From the human T2T-CHM13v2.0 reference genome, Homo sapiens: a stretch of 64,000 bases of DNA. The notes under the pieces were generated by a model. That model saw nothing but the letters and a program-made list of their open reading frames with translations. It was not told the DNA's origin and did no database searches. Shown piece by piece: positions 36,893 to 51,723 of the stretch (position 1 is the first letter of the stretch; the number at the start of each line of letters is the position of its first letter). The position numbers were made by a program, and so were the translations under genes. The stretch lies in NCBI RefSeq assembly GCF_009914755.1, contig NC_060930.1; one strand, given 5' to 3'.

Positions 36893-39196
36893 GAAGAGAG
36901 TGGATGTGTGGATGTGTACAGTCACCAGGAACTGAAAACATTAGATAACATTAGGTCCTAAATGTTCTGAGAATATTTAGGATGGCTAATGAAAAGAAAG
37001 TAAAATGGCATAGAATGAGTTAGCAATGGCCAAAATCAAGGATGAGACAGTTGACAGTGGAAATAAAACAGAGAAACAATAAATTTTAAAGGAATAAAAC
37101 ATATAAAAACTACAGGAGCTTTGTTTTTGATTAGACAGGATAAGTTACAGAGAGGTGGATATTTAACAAAGATTTCAAACTTCTATCTATTCTATGATGT
37201 CTCTCTTCCTCCCTGGAATCGGCATAGAAGTGATAAAAATCACAGGCATGATGATCACACCAAACATGGATTTAAACCTTAACATATTAACTGCATGACT
37301 TTGGCATGTGACTTATTACCTTTAAAACTCCCAAAGAATTTATAAGAAATTGATGAGATGATCTATCTAAAATATTGAGTTCAGTTTTTGATTCTATATT
37401 GATAGAATATAGAATCTGTGTCTATGAGACAATGACAGTGTTATTAGCTGTAATGGGTCCTCAAGGATTTTGAAGCCGGTTTTGAAGCACATGAAAAGGC
37501 ATGAGGAAGGTGCAGAGGCTACCATGCAGATGACTTGTTAGTATACCAAGGTTTGTGGAGGGTGCATGAGGTTCAGAATTGGGACACTAGGGTTAGATTT
37601 TTAACTGGACCAATAGTGAGAGATGGTTGGGTTTGAAAGGTATGGTTAAAGATTATAGGATGAGAAGTATGAACAATGTCAAAGGCAAACTATGTGTAGT
37701 CGTCTTTTGCCTAGAGTTGGCTTCCATATCTATGAAGTATTGACTACTGGGTAACAACAAATTAAGGTTGTTGGAGCAAAGAACAGGACTAAAGAAAAAG
37801 GGAACATATACAATGTAAAAATCAGGGAAACCATATGAAGACCAAGTAAGTAAATAGAATGAGGAAGACTCAGAGACTTCATATAGCCCAAACCTGGGAA
37901 CACAAAGTCCAAGAAAAGAACGTGGAAAATCTGGTAGAGTGGAGGAAATGGAGCAAAAATCATTGTCTAATTGTCAGAGACAGCCATCAAATCCAGGAAA
38001 CTCATAAGAACTAAAGAGCATGAAAACTGGTAGAGAAGCAAATATGAAGCATCAGTAACAGACTCTGATACTGAATGTATCTGATATCCAACCAACCAGA
38101 AGAGTCTCTCTTCTGATGTCACCCTGGAAAGGACTGATCCCAAGACAGATGATCTGAGTGGAATGCCCTAGGCCAGAATAACCCCAAACATCTGCCTGCT
38201 TGCGATAAAGGGACCCAGGCAGTCATATTTCTCTGGCAGAGGTTATCCTACCATCCAAAGTGCTCCTGATTAGATTTCTTCTCCCTGCTTTCATCTTTCT
38301 GCATAGTGACACCAAGCTTAGCCCCTAAAGTACCATGTTGGTTTTACAGCCTTGTAGCCCCTGAGTCCTGGAGTTGCATTTATTTTCTGCCTCACAAGGG
38401 AGTAGAAGAGAAGGAGAAAGTGCAGGAAGTGCAGGAATAGGAGAAGAAGAAAGAAGAAATGAAGCAGGAAGTCAAATGAAAAAAAGAGACAGAGGTGTGG
38501 ACAACTTAGGATCATGGCCCAGATATCAGGCATCTCCATAATTACAAGTGGCTATAGAAATCAGGAACTGCCTGGACGTTTTTTTTTTTTGTTTTTTTTT
38601 TGCAGCACTTAATGGAGGAATATTGTTCTCATGTGTATACTCTATGGCATGACTTCATGCACAATTGGATGTTACTTATTCATTTTTCCCCTTGAGAAAA
38701 ATCAGAGTTTCTTAAGTGGGAGATATTTCTCAGTTTGGGGAAGATAGAGACTTGTCTCAATCTGTATTTTCCCAGTTGTCATATACATGAAAGACCAAAT
38801 ATCTGTTGAAGAAAGTATTGCAGAGTGACATTTATTCAAGACTCAAAATATATCAGGTGCTTTATAGAGCAGAGAGATAGATGTAGTCCCTTAAGGCTTA
38901 ACTTGTGAGCATCAGCATTGACTGAAAAGAGCTAATTTACCATTTTCCAAAAGGAAATGGGGTTGAGAAGAATGATTGCAGCAAAAGTGCTTAAACAGAA
39001 AGAGCATCACAGCTTTTTATTAAATTATTGTTTGGGATGTTTTTGCAAACGTCAATCTTTCTGTGACATTTTACGGGGTAACAAGATTTTGGTGTTTGTG
39101 AAATATCACATTTTGAAATTACCCCAAACTAGAGTTCTCCTGCCTCTCTTTGTCAAATCGACACTGGGTACAAGCTTAAGAATCTCGAGTGACTGA

Positions 39197-39715
39197 TGTA
39201 TTAGCTAAAATTCTTTGGATTGCAAGTGACAAAAGTAAAGTTGAGTTAAATAAAAAGGTGTGTGTGTGAGGGAATCTGGTGTAAAAGAAAAGGAAAGAAC
39301 GTCAGCAAAGGAAATTCATGTAGGCCCCTGGAATGTTTGGGGAGTCAATTCTGGAAAGCCCTCTGGTGTCTCTCCTTTCTGGGCTGCCCCTCCATGCACT
39401 TTGCTCTATCCTTCTTGATCTCAGCATATCTGCTTTTTAGGTCATGTTAAGGCTTTCCTGTAGCTTCTACATGACATACTTTAATTTCAGTCTCCCACAG
39501 TTACTGCACAGCAGTTTAAATCCCTGTTCCACGTTATTGGGAGAGACAATCTATTTGCCACCCACCCTCCACTCTTTTAGGTCAGAAAGCCACCCCAGTT
39601 CATAATATGAACATGGCATCTGGGGGCCCAGCTTTGTAGATTTTGGGGCATGGAGGGTGAGCAGTTTCCAGAAAAAGAAAGTTGTCATGGGCTTGGTGGA
39701 TATACCAAAGTCATC
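39197..39715. mobile_element. Old MaLR/ERVL-type LTR (MLT1-like)
   Basis: The terminus tgtattagc...ttggattgcaagtgaca resembles old MLT1 LTRs; boundaries uncertain. Confidence 0.4.
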
Positions 39716-40071
39716 TATGCTATCATGCCCAGAATGCTGCCTGACACAGAGAAGACTCTCAATAAATATTTAGCAAATGAAATATGTGTTGACCAAATGC
39801 ACCAGCAAGGGTAGAACATGTTTGCATTTTGAATGTTACAATAGTAGAGCTTTATGAACTGATTGCTGTTATAGTTAAATTTTAACTAAACTTATATTAG
39901 TTAAAATCATTTGACTTCAGGCTGTTTTTATGCATTTTTGAAATCATTTTAAAATTAAAAAAATATAATTTTCTGTGAGAACAGCATTGAATGACTTAAC
40001 AATAAACATATTTGTTCATTTTAATAGTGTTTTTTTCCTGTTTTTAAAATATTTATTTTACATTCATGAAG

Positions 40072-40200
40072 ACTAAGCCTGGAGTAATTCGCCCAGTACC
40101 TGTAAAATCCAGAATATTACTGAAAAAAGAGGAGGAAGTCTATGAACCCAACCCTTTCAGTAAATACTTGGAAGATAACAGCGACCTCTTTTCTGAACAG
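40072..40200 (+). CDS. MLIP: MLIP internal coding exon (129 nt, phase 0/0): TKPGVIRPVPVKSRILLKKEEEVYEPNPFSKYLEDNSDLFSEQ
   Basis: Acceptor ttttacattcatgaAG, donor CAG|GTGAGC, 43 open codons. Peptide recognised as MLIP. Confidence 0.92.
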
Positions 40201-40578
40201 GTGAGCACATACAAGAGAAAATGTTTGCTATTTTGATAAATATAAATATATATAAAATATATATAAATATATAAATATATTTTGATAAATATAAAATAAA
40301 GATGTCTCTATGAATATAGTATGCGTAAGAACATGTTCATTTGATTGGAATATATTTGGTAATGAAAAATGCTTGCATAATAAATAGAAGTTGCTAAATA
40401 ATTCAAGAATAATATTTTGAAGCATTTTAATGTGTTTTTTTTTTTTTTCTAAAACTTGTCTATCTAGTGCTGGTATTGTTTTGGAGACCAAGATGTTGCT
40501 CTCTATAAAGACATCACAAAATCACTGATTGGATGGGTCATATAGGTGTTGCATTCTTATTTCTAAAATCCTGCTTCC

Positions 40579-41015
<437 letters not shown>

Positions 41016-41546
41016 TCAAGTCATATTTAGGATTTGTTGTTCATTTTGTTTATGTTTGAAAAGTCTATACTAGATTCTCCTTATATATGTTGAAGGAGGT
41101 ATAATGGAGAATTGTCAATGGTGCTTTATATTTGTGAAAAATATGAAAATACACATTTATGCAATATAAAACTTCATAATGAATAGCAGAGATTTTAAAT
41201 CTTTGTCATATTAAAATGCAGCAAAGAGTATGGGCTATATATTTTATTGAGAGATTGAAATATGAAATTAATAAGCAATGTAAGATATTCAGAAAACTTT
41301 CTGAATACAGTCAGGACATGTAAGATCATCATATTTTATAATCCATAATAAAATAGATTTAGGAATATAAGGTGTTATGCTCTTTTTAAAATTTTAGTTT
41401 GAAAATAATAACTAACAATATTCTTGAAAATATAAATTATAATTACATTTATATTTATATTTATAAAACATAAAGAATCTCTTATCTGATGTGTTAGCTC
41501 TGTGACCATGGGCAAGTGGTGTTATCTCTCTAGGCTTCAGTTTCTT

Positions 41547-41892
<346 letters not shown>

Positions 41893-44800
41893 TAGGTACC
41901 TTTTAAGGATCCTTTAAACACTAAAATTTGCATTACTTAAAATCTATGATTAACCATAACTGGGTCTGAAATCCCTATGTAACCTTGAAAAAGTTCATTA
42001 CAAATACTTTTTATGATTAGTTCTAGTTTTTATTTACAAAATTCAGATGAAAATATTTTCCATTGATTTATATACACTTTCTGAGAAGGCTATGATTTAT
42101 AAGTCTGATTTTTTTAGAAGGCATTGATATGATCAAAAATGATAATTAGAGGCAATTATTTTAATTTTCTGGAATAAAATTATAGACCTCAAATTAAATT
42201 AAATAGGGAAATTTTGTTGATATATAAGGTTGCCTTCACTAATTCCATACATAACAGAAATGGAAACTCCTGTGGGGAAAACATTTTTTTATCATTAACA
42301 AAAGCACTTATGAAATATCTATTGCTTGTATGACACTAATATTTTAGTGGCTTTTAGTATGAAGTTTTAGACAGTATGGGATAATTATAAAATGTTTATA
42401 AAAATAATTTAGCAGTTATATGAAAATCAAACCACTAACAGTTAAATTTCACATATTATCCATGGAACCTACATTGTTCAAAATATGATCCAATGCTGGA
42501 AGATAATAACTTTATTCTTCTGTGTGAGTATAATTTTAAATTCATGCATTTTACTTCAAGCAAGACTCCTTGTAGAGTATTGAGTTAATCTACCTGTAAT
42601 TTACGACATGTACTGTCTACTGAAATGATAAATTCCATTTTCAAGTGCAGAAAATTCTTGTCATTAAAAATAATTGCCATTTCTTTTCATTGCTTTTTCT
42701 GACTATAAAGTAAGTTTAAAGCTCTTTTTACATTACAACATAAATCTATTTATTTCTAAATACTTGGCTGAAAATTTGACCTATTTTGCAAATCTTAAGT
42801 TACCACAGACCTAATCTTATCTATATTTTCTTTCAACCAATTTATCCTCATTTGTATCCCCATTTGAATGTGGAACATGAGAAGTAATAGCAGACAATGC
42901 ACTGTCAGAATTGAAAGAAGCCTAGCATACCACTTAAAAGTGAATTCCAAAGGTCCCCTGGCCTTATTCATTGACCTGGCATGAAAGGGAAAGATAAGAT
43001 AGAACCTTGGGGCCACTGAACACCTGGGAAACGGCATGTACTGTCAACTGGCCTTTTTATGTTGAGCTTTAACTATCATCTCATTGTGTCCAGAATCTAC
43101 AATGGAGAGATACCAAAACAGCTCTCAAGGGTAGATGCTTACGTCTGCTTAAAAAATAACTTGAATAATAAAATGTATAATCTCAGCATTGCTACTTCAT
43201 CAGAACCTCAATAGAAGAAAGTGTACTCAAATTCATTTCTAGTCACTATTGTCTTCTCTTACACTGCTGCCACAGAATAAATTGAATGGTTCCAAACTCA
43301 GCTGATCTCATCCACCCATGTAATGGAAAATTCTTTAGCCAGACAGTTGGGCCAAATGGAAGTAGCTCACAGTCACTAATCTGCCTTGTACTGGGGACAG
43401 TTCCACATGACAGGAGATGTTGGATGGGATTGTTAAGTCAATAAATTTTTCCTAGCAGCTTCACTGCCATTAGATATGATTTCAAAATTCTGTTACAAAA
43501 TGTCAGACACTAAAGATGATAATGAGACCTGACAGAAATGTATTTACTGTAGTTCAAAAAGGTGCAGCTGGGCAGCCTTTTGACCTGATTATGAGCTGAA
43601 AATTTGCCTGGAAACAGCTGCTGAGTTCTAACAGCCAAGTTTGAAACCAAATGCATAATCAAGTCATCGAAATTTACTAGCCAACAACTTTTACATCAAA
43701 GTGGCATAGGCCAGGAAGCATCATTGTATATTAGATTTTTTTTTAAAAAAACGAAACCTTCAAAATGAAGATTATGCTTTTCTGAAATTGTCTTCGTTCA
43801 TTATTAATTAATAATTAATCTTCACTCGTTATTCAGTTAATTTATTATTGTGCCAATTTGTGGTGCTTTTCAGTTATTACAAAATGTCCTCACACTTTGC
43901 CATAAATCTATGGATTTAAAAACTGTGGTGGTGTGTTTAAAGCATATTTTTATTGATAACTAAAAGTAGAGCTGGAAAATAATTAGCAAAATTCATTGGA
44001 CTAATGGGCATCCAGAAGACATACAGGCTCAGAAAAGCAATTTGCTGATGAGAATGAAGATGCTAAAGAGCTGAATGGTATTTAGTTTATTCTGACTATT
44101 TATGAATTTGCAAAATATATTGATTGTTTTCTGATCATTTAATATGTGTAATTAGATAAAGAGGATTTCATTGAAGATTTTTGGTTTAATATAAAAGGGC
44201 AATAATTCACCTCATTTACATAAAGTGTTATGTAAAAATCCTCTCTTTATAAATTAATAATGCAACTCATAGTATTAGATATATTGATACTTTCTTAAAG
44301 CCCTAAGGAAATGTGTGAAAAAAGGTTTTGGATAGAATTAAAGGGAGAATATTGTTTCATCTGATTTTCCAAGAAATATTTTTCTTTTTTTTTTCCGTTT
44401 GTGAGAAATAACACTTTCCAGCATGTATGCCTCTTAAAATTTATTTTTCTTCTACTCTGTTTAAATGGGAGAGAGAACATATTTTCTATGAAGATGACCA
44501 TTTAGAGAATTTCCTCTGTGCTACCTCACAGAGAACATAAAAGGGTAATTATAGAGACTTTTCCTTGTTATAGTATTTCATTCCCGCTTTTCTTCTGAGT
44601 TTTTTTTAGACATCTGACTTGCCTCTTTTCCCTACCAAAATGACTATGCTTGACATTCAACTTTGATGATTATGTCAGTGACTTTCAGGTTTCTATCTAA
44701 TGATTCATCAAGTTGTATTTCAGCTGTGACCTTCAACTTCCCTTCTTTATGTCACCCACATGTTAATATTACAGGATAAATACCTTTGTCGTAGGTGAAA

Positions 44801-45834
44801 CTGACAATACTGCCTTTTACTCTCTCTGAAAAACTCTGGCTTTGCCACAAACTACCACTTTTTCAACATTTGTTTCTCAATCAAGATGGCCCATATTCTT
44901 CTGTCATAAAATCATCTTTTATAATTGCTAACATTTTATTGAGAAATATTTTGGGGTAAATGTTTAAATGAACCTTTTTAGGTGTAGAAATGAATTAGTG
45001 GTTTGCTAGATTGTTTTAACGAGAGGAAAGCTGCAATTTCTTGTAGTGTTACATTTCTTTGGGAAGGTTTACGAACAGAGATTTGGCTTCTCTAAGTTTT
45101 GCCATGTTTTTTTTTTTTAATTTAAGGACTGAAGTCCTTATGAGTTTTCTCTATTTTGCTTTGCTTCCTTCCTTTATATGAAAGATGTAATAGACAATTT
45201 AGCATAAACAGGTTATGTTCTATACATAATAGACAAATTATCATCAGCACGATAAACTAGTTTCTTAGTATATATCTTTTTTAAAAATTGTCTTTTTGAG
45301 ACAATATTTGCCTTTTCCTCCAAAATATAGTTAGATAGGCTCACTTCTTCATACACAGAATTTCCATCACCTCTGCACCCCCCCCCCCTTTTTTGACATT
45401 TCTTTTCTCTTGATTTTATGTGTACATCAAGTTTGGAAAATTGTAACCTATGCTTTAGATTATTCTGTTGGCAATTGTCAGTTGTTAACGGGAATTTCTT
45501 TTCCATGCCCCTCTTCAGCTGCCTTATGTAGGAGTAAAAATCTTAAAGAGATTTTTATTTGCTTTTAAAACAGCAAACACCCAAAGAAGACTTATTTGCC
45601 ACTCTATCATAATGGTCTGAAGCATTATTTGCTTAACAAATAGTTGGTGGATATGTAGTGTCTGTTAATATCCCAATTTACTAGGAAACAATGACCTTTT
45701 GAAAGTTTTACGCAAATGTGTTCTATGTTTTGTTAACACATGATGTTTGTATGTATATTTATTCAAGGGAGATTGGCCACTGCCATATTTAGAACCTCTC
45801 ATACAAAGTACACTCCAGTTTAAAAATAGGTCTT

Positions 45835-46136
<302 letters not shown>

Positions 46137-46271
46137 TTATTGGTTTTATCTGTAAGGTATTAAACAACAACATTTCAAAAGAGAGAGAGGATATCTATGT
46201 AAAAATAATTTTAAATAATATCCAAAATAAATGTTATTCTGAGATTAGAAAGTTCAAAAATTTTGTTTGTT

Positions 46272-46563
46272 GGCTGCGTGCAGTGGCTCACGCCTGTAAT
46301 CCCAGCTCTTTGGGAGGCTGAGGTAGAAGGATTGCTTGAGCCCAGGAGTCTGAGACCAGCCTGAGAAACATAGGGAGACCACATCTCTACAAAAAATTTA
46401 AAAATCAGCCAGGTGTGGTGGCATGCATTTGTAGTCTCAGCTACTCAGGAGGCTGAGGCGGGAGGATAGCTTGAGCCCAAGAATTCGAGGTGGCAGTGAT
46501 CTATAATTGTGCCATTTCACTTCAGCCTGAGCAACAAAACAAGACCTCCATCTCTTAAAAAAA
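46272..46563 (+). mobile_element. AluJ
   Basis: ggattgcttgagcccaggag, ggatagcttgagcccaag. Confidence 0.92.
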
Positions 46564-47596
46564 TTTTTTTGTTTGTAAGGAAAAAAAGATGCATTCATAT
46601 GTTTTATTTCACAAGAGTCTCTATCTCAAACCTTATCCTCAAATTTTGAGACAAGATTAGCCTGTGTATAGAACCACAGATGGTAACAATCACATACCTT
46701 TGGCATGTGGGTGAGAATCTTAAAGGCATTTTTATTTGCCAGTTTATGTACCAAATTGTCTTATAATACGTAAGATATTTTTGATGAAACTAGTGCTCCT
46801 CTCCAAATACACTGCCTCCCTCCCTCCCTACACAGTTTCAATTCTACAACTGCCTTAAAATGTTTTGTGTGATAGCTGTTAATAAGTATGCTTAGGAAAT
46901 GCAATCAAAGATATTGGCTTGTGATTTTCTTTTCTGTACTGTACATTTGTTTTGGCTCATGAGACGTGAGATCAAGGTAGAATGCATACAGGAGAACATA
47001 ATGAAAATTGGGGGTATTCTTTGAATATGAATGCTAAGTTTAATGTGTTTAAAAACATTTTACAATCTCTCAACCTTGGCGATATTGGCATATATTTTAA
47101 AATGTGTGTTATAGACAGATTTTGAATGAGGACAAACCTAAAATATGACAAGATGTACAAGTTTGAAGATGAGTTACATGAAGATAATTGGGAACCTTCT
47201 CTTCCTTTCTGTGACCCAAGATAAAATATCTTAAAAAAAGCAATTTAGGCAGGAAAAACAATAAATCCTAATGAGAAGAGCAACCAAGAGAAGGCATAAG
47301 AGAAGCAAAGAGCTAAAGCTGGTAATCAAACTGTGTTTTGAATTCCACTAAAATAAAACAAAGGACAGCTTGTGAAGTTCAGCCTATGGAGAACAGAATC
47401 AAGCTAGTGATGCAAATCATTTAAAATAAATGTATAGAAAGAAAACCCCAATTTTTTTGAAAAAAGAATTGTATTTTTGTCTATTTCAAAGACTTCATGG
47501 AAAGGGAGACCTATACTAAGTTTGTAAGTTCAAAGTTGGTGTTTCTTTAGGGATGGGATTACCGGTAGGTTTTAGAGTTTTTAAAAATAATGTTCT

Positions 47597-48722
47597 TACA
47601 CCTTGAACAATGAGCCTCTTGAGTTTGTAGGAAGGGCAGCATGTCCTCTAACGCTTTGAAACCTTTAGAGGGAAGATCCTCATTTTTTACAATTTTGTTC
47701 CTTTTCATCATAGAAAACATGTTTAAGATAAAATACAAACTTTACCTACCCCAAATTCATAAAGTACATTTAGTGCTGTATAGCACTAAAACTTAGAGAT
47801 ACAGACACTGTACTTACTTTTTAAGAATTAGAGACAGTAACTCCAAAAATAATTGTCCTTTTTTCTTTCTTTTTTTTTTTTTACAATAAGGCTCTTGAAA
47901 ATTGTCATTACTTGTGTTTTCCTATACATTCATCTGTGTGAAAGCCTTTTTCTTCTTTGATTTAAAAAAATTAACTATACAGTTAATGGTTTAGAACTTA
48001 GAACTACTTAGAATTAATGCTAAAGTGTCAGGAAGAAATTAATTTAGCTTCAATAATTGTGACTGGCCTCAGGAATTCTCCCTTCCACACCTGCCCACCT
48101 CACCTCACCGCACCGCACTGCACCGCACCGCACCGCACCAGAGCCAGAGCAGCTGCTTGTCTGCAGCAGGACACAGTTCCTACATACGTTTCAGTTCTTT
48201 CATGGTAAGCTCAATGGACTTTGAATTGTTTACAGTGCTGTATGTCCAATTGTTAAATGTACCATTCTGAACGATGTTAAAGCAAGTGTGGTTTATTTAT
48301 GGCATGAACCATGTAACTTGAAATATGAACTTACAAGGAGGGGCACTCATTAGGTAACAAGTTCTTACACCAAACTTCCTTGATGAAATAAGCCAAAATA
48401 ATCCTAAAATTCATTAGAAGAACTTGATAAAAGACTCAAATAAATGTTAGAAAGAGCCCATAATTTTAGGACTCCTATAAAATTCTTCCTTGTTTGTTAA
48501 TGCTATTAAAACTCAGATTCAAGGGAAATACCAGCTTCCCCTTGAGTCACTTTGAAATAGTTAATTCAACAGCACCATGTTAGAAATATATTGGCAGCCA
48601 AGACTCTGAACTCTGCAGAAACATTTGTTTCACCCAGACTTCAAACTCTAGCCCTGACTATGATGCCCCTGTGTGCATTTACAATAAAGACTCCAACGGA
48701 GGGAAAAAAAAAAAAAAAAAAA
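47597..48722 (+). pseudogene. Retroposed non-repeat segment (processed 3'-UTR fragment or orphan 3' transduction); source gene not identified
   Basis: AATAAA at 48683, then 15 nt, then A19 (48704-48722). TSD AAAAATAATGTTCT (47583) / AAAAAAAATGTTCT (48715) at a TTTT|AAAA L1 endonuclease site. No L1/Alu sequence recognised inside. Confidence 0.75.
48095..48139 (+). repeat. (CACCG/CACCT)n pentamer repeat inside the retroposed insert
   Basis: cacctcacctcaccgcaccgcactgcaccgcaccgcaccgcacc. Confidence 0.9.
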
Positions 48723-48932
48723 TGTTCTAATGTTCAAATAAGGGCATCCTAAGTGGAATTTAATTTATTGTAGCTCAGGCATCCAAATATCAATTTTCCT
48801 TATGAGCCTTAAGATCTTTAATTTTTTTTAACCTTACTTTCTCTTGAAAATAAAAAACTACCTTTGTTAAGTAAATAAACAGCTTACCAGGAGCTGACTT
48901 GTCTAATTATTTTTATGTAATAAAGTTGGGAG

Positions 48933-49229
48933 GGCTGGGTGCAGTGGCTCAGGCCTGTAATCCCAGCACTTTGGGAGGCTGAGGTGGGTGGATTACCTGA
49001 GGTCAGGAGTTCAAGACCAGCCTGGCCAACATGGTGAAACCCCATCTCTACTAAAAATACAAAAAATTAGCTGGGCGTGGTGGCGGGTGCCTATAATCCC
49101 AGCTACTCAGGAGTCTGAGGCAGGAGAATCGCTTGAGGTTGCTGTGAGCCAAGATCACACCATTGCACTCCAACCTGGGCAACAGAGTGAGACTCTGTAC
49201 CGAAAAATAAAAATAAAAATCAATAAAAA
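48933..49229 (+). mobile_element. AluSx-type with a small internal deletion
   Basis: cctgaggtcaggagttcaagacc; TSD taa(a/g)gttgggag. Confidence 0.93.
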
Positions 49230-49624
49230 TAAGGTTGGGAGGTTTAGCATATTTTATCTGCAAAAGGAAAGCAAGTTTATATGATGTTTATTACATTGGG
49301 TTAAGTTCAGAAAAATAGAGTTGTTTTTCTCTCTCTTAAGCTTAGGTCTCCATGAATTGCATGCGGTTGAAGACTGGCCCATTGCAGGGCATGGTAGAGT
49401 CAAGCTAGTTTAACCTTCCCATGTCAAAAACTACATTTAGGCAGGATCTGATGACTTGATTCATTTTTATGTGTAATAGAACCAAAGGAAATCTAGGGCA
49501 GCTTGGTTTTACAGAAACAGTTTTGAAGTGTGTATTCTGGCTGTGACATTGTGGTTAATCACCTCTACTCTGTGCATTTGTGAAACCTGAATCTCATCAG
49601 TGAAATGAGGGGATGGCACCAGAT

Positions 49625-49797
49625 CAGTGATTCTCAACCAGAGATGATTTTACAACTGAGAAAGTGGGATGCTACTAGCATTTAGTAGGTGGCGGCCAGG
49701 GATAATGCCAAAAATCCTACAATGCCCAGTACATTCCCACACAACAAAGAATTACCCAGCCTCAAATGGCAATAATGCTGGCATTGAGAAACCCTGG
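49625..49797. mobile_element. MER20
   Basis: cagtgattctcaacc...acaacaaagaattacccagcctcaaatg...ttgagaaaccctg. Confidence 0.85.
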
Positions 49798-51395
49798 ACT
49801 AGAACATCTCTTGGCACTCTCTGCTCCAATACTATGAATAATGAAGCTCATTACTTTATCCCTGCCAAGGGCAATTCAGTTCAACCAACATTGATTAGGT
49901 GCCTTCTTTTTGTGTTCTTAGTTCTTTAGGGAGAACTAAGAACTTCTCCCTATTTGACATAAAAAAAGAAGGTAAAACTCTATCTCTGGAATTCGTCATA
50001 TTCCAAATATTGTCCCATGTAGCTTCTACTCATGGTAGCTCTGTTTGATAAGGAATGTACATTTTCAATGATTCCAGATATATCGGCAAAATTATGGCTT
50101 TTCACATTTCTAGACATTTCTTCTTTCTTACTTGTTTCCCTAATTATTAGTTTCCAAGACAATCAACTAAAAGAGAAATTTGAAAGAGTCAGATGGTTTA
50201 TATAACTCTTAAAATCCGTATTGTTGGATTAAGCCATTCCTGATATTGGACCTTATTGTCTTCACCCGCACAATGAGAGTGGAGTACAATGCACTATTGA
50301 AAGTCTCCTTGTATCCTGAAATTCTGTGTTTATGTCTTTAAATACTGTTGGAGCCCTGATATTTGATGATTAGATGATTCAAAAAAGAGGGGGGAAAACA
50401 AGTATTATTTAGGTCACATGTTTGGAGAGATGGAAAGTCTTAATTTATTGTTTAAGTCAACATCATGACAAATACCCAGCTCTACAGGGTTTACTATGAT
50501 GTGCAGGTGTATGTGTGCCTGTGTGTGTGCGCCTGTGTGTGTGCACATGCATGGGCTTGCCCCCGCCCCTGCAATTTGGATAGAGCAATTTTGGGTTGAG
50601 AATTTTTTTTCCCCTTTCTTAAAAGTCAGTTTCTATTCACTTCCTGTTTGTATTGAGAAATCATCAATATGATTTATTGTCATTATGTCCCTTTGAATGA
50701 CTATAATTTTGTTTTCCTTTGCCTTAAATTAAAACCCCTAAGAGATAATTTATTTTCAAAATTAAATATGTCTGTGTATGCAAAAGATGATTAAATACAC
50801 ACACATACATATTTAGTAGTTTTTTAAAGGGTCTTGGCATTTGCTACTTAAGTTACCTTTTATTTCTTTTTCACATTGGTAAATTTGTCAACTATTTCTG
50901 CTGTAAATATACTTAATAAGAAGGCTAACTAGGCAACCTAAAATTTAAATGAAGATACTTTTAATAATGAAGGTGAACATGTCTTTGCACTTCCCTGTTT
51001 CTGGATTTACTGTCTCAGCTTTCTTCAAGTGCAAAGGACACCATATTTCATTCATGTGTTTCATAATTATAAAAGACTCTGGGTTAATCCTTGCAATAAA
51101 CTTTGGGGATAACTTTTGCCTTTTAAATCTCTCTCTGGAAAGTGATGTGAGACTTAAAAAGACTCTGTATAAGAAAATAATTTAGTTGTAGAACATCAAA
51201 CTTTTCACTTAAATCCCTTGTTAAGACAATAATAGATTCAAAAGAACAAAAGGTCAGTATATTAAAAACTGTAAGATCACTTAAAAATATAATACTCCTT
51301 AAGCATGAACAATATAAATGCTTCATTTAATGTGTCTAAATGTATAGATTTTGTAACACTAAAAGGTTGTAATGCTATAATAAAGACATATCTCA

Positions 51396-51723
<328 letters not shown>

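Noticed and set aside
43800-43815. Perfect palindrome ATTATTAATTAATAAT
   Set aside because: Pure A/T palindromes are expected in such AT-rich DNA.
49926-49931. TTAGGG loop as a telomerase-added repeat
   Set aside because: A single hexamer is not evidence of telomere healing.
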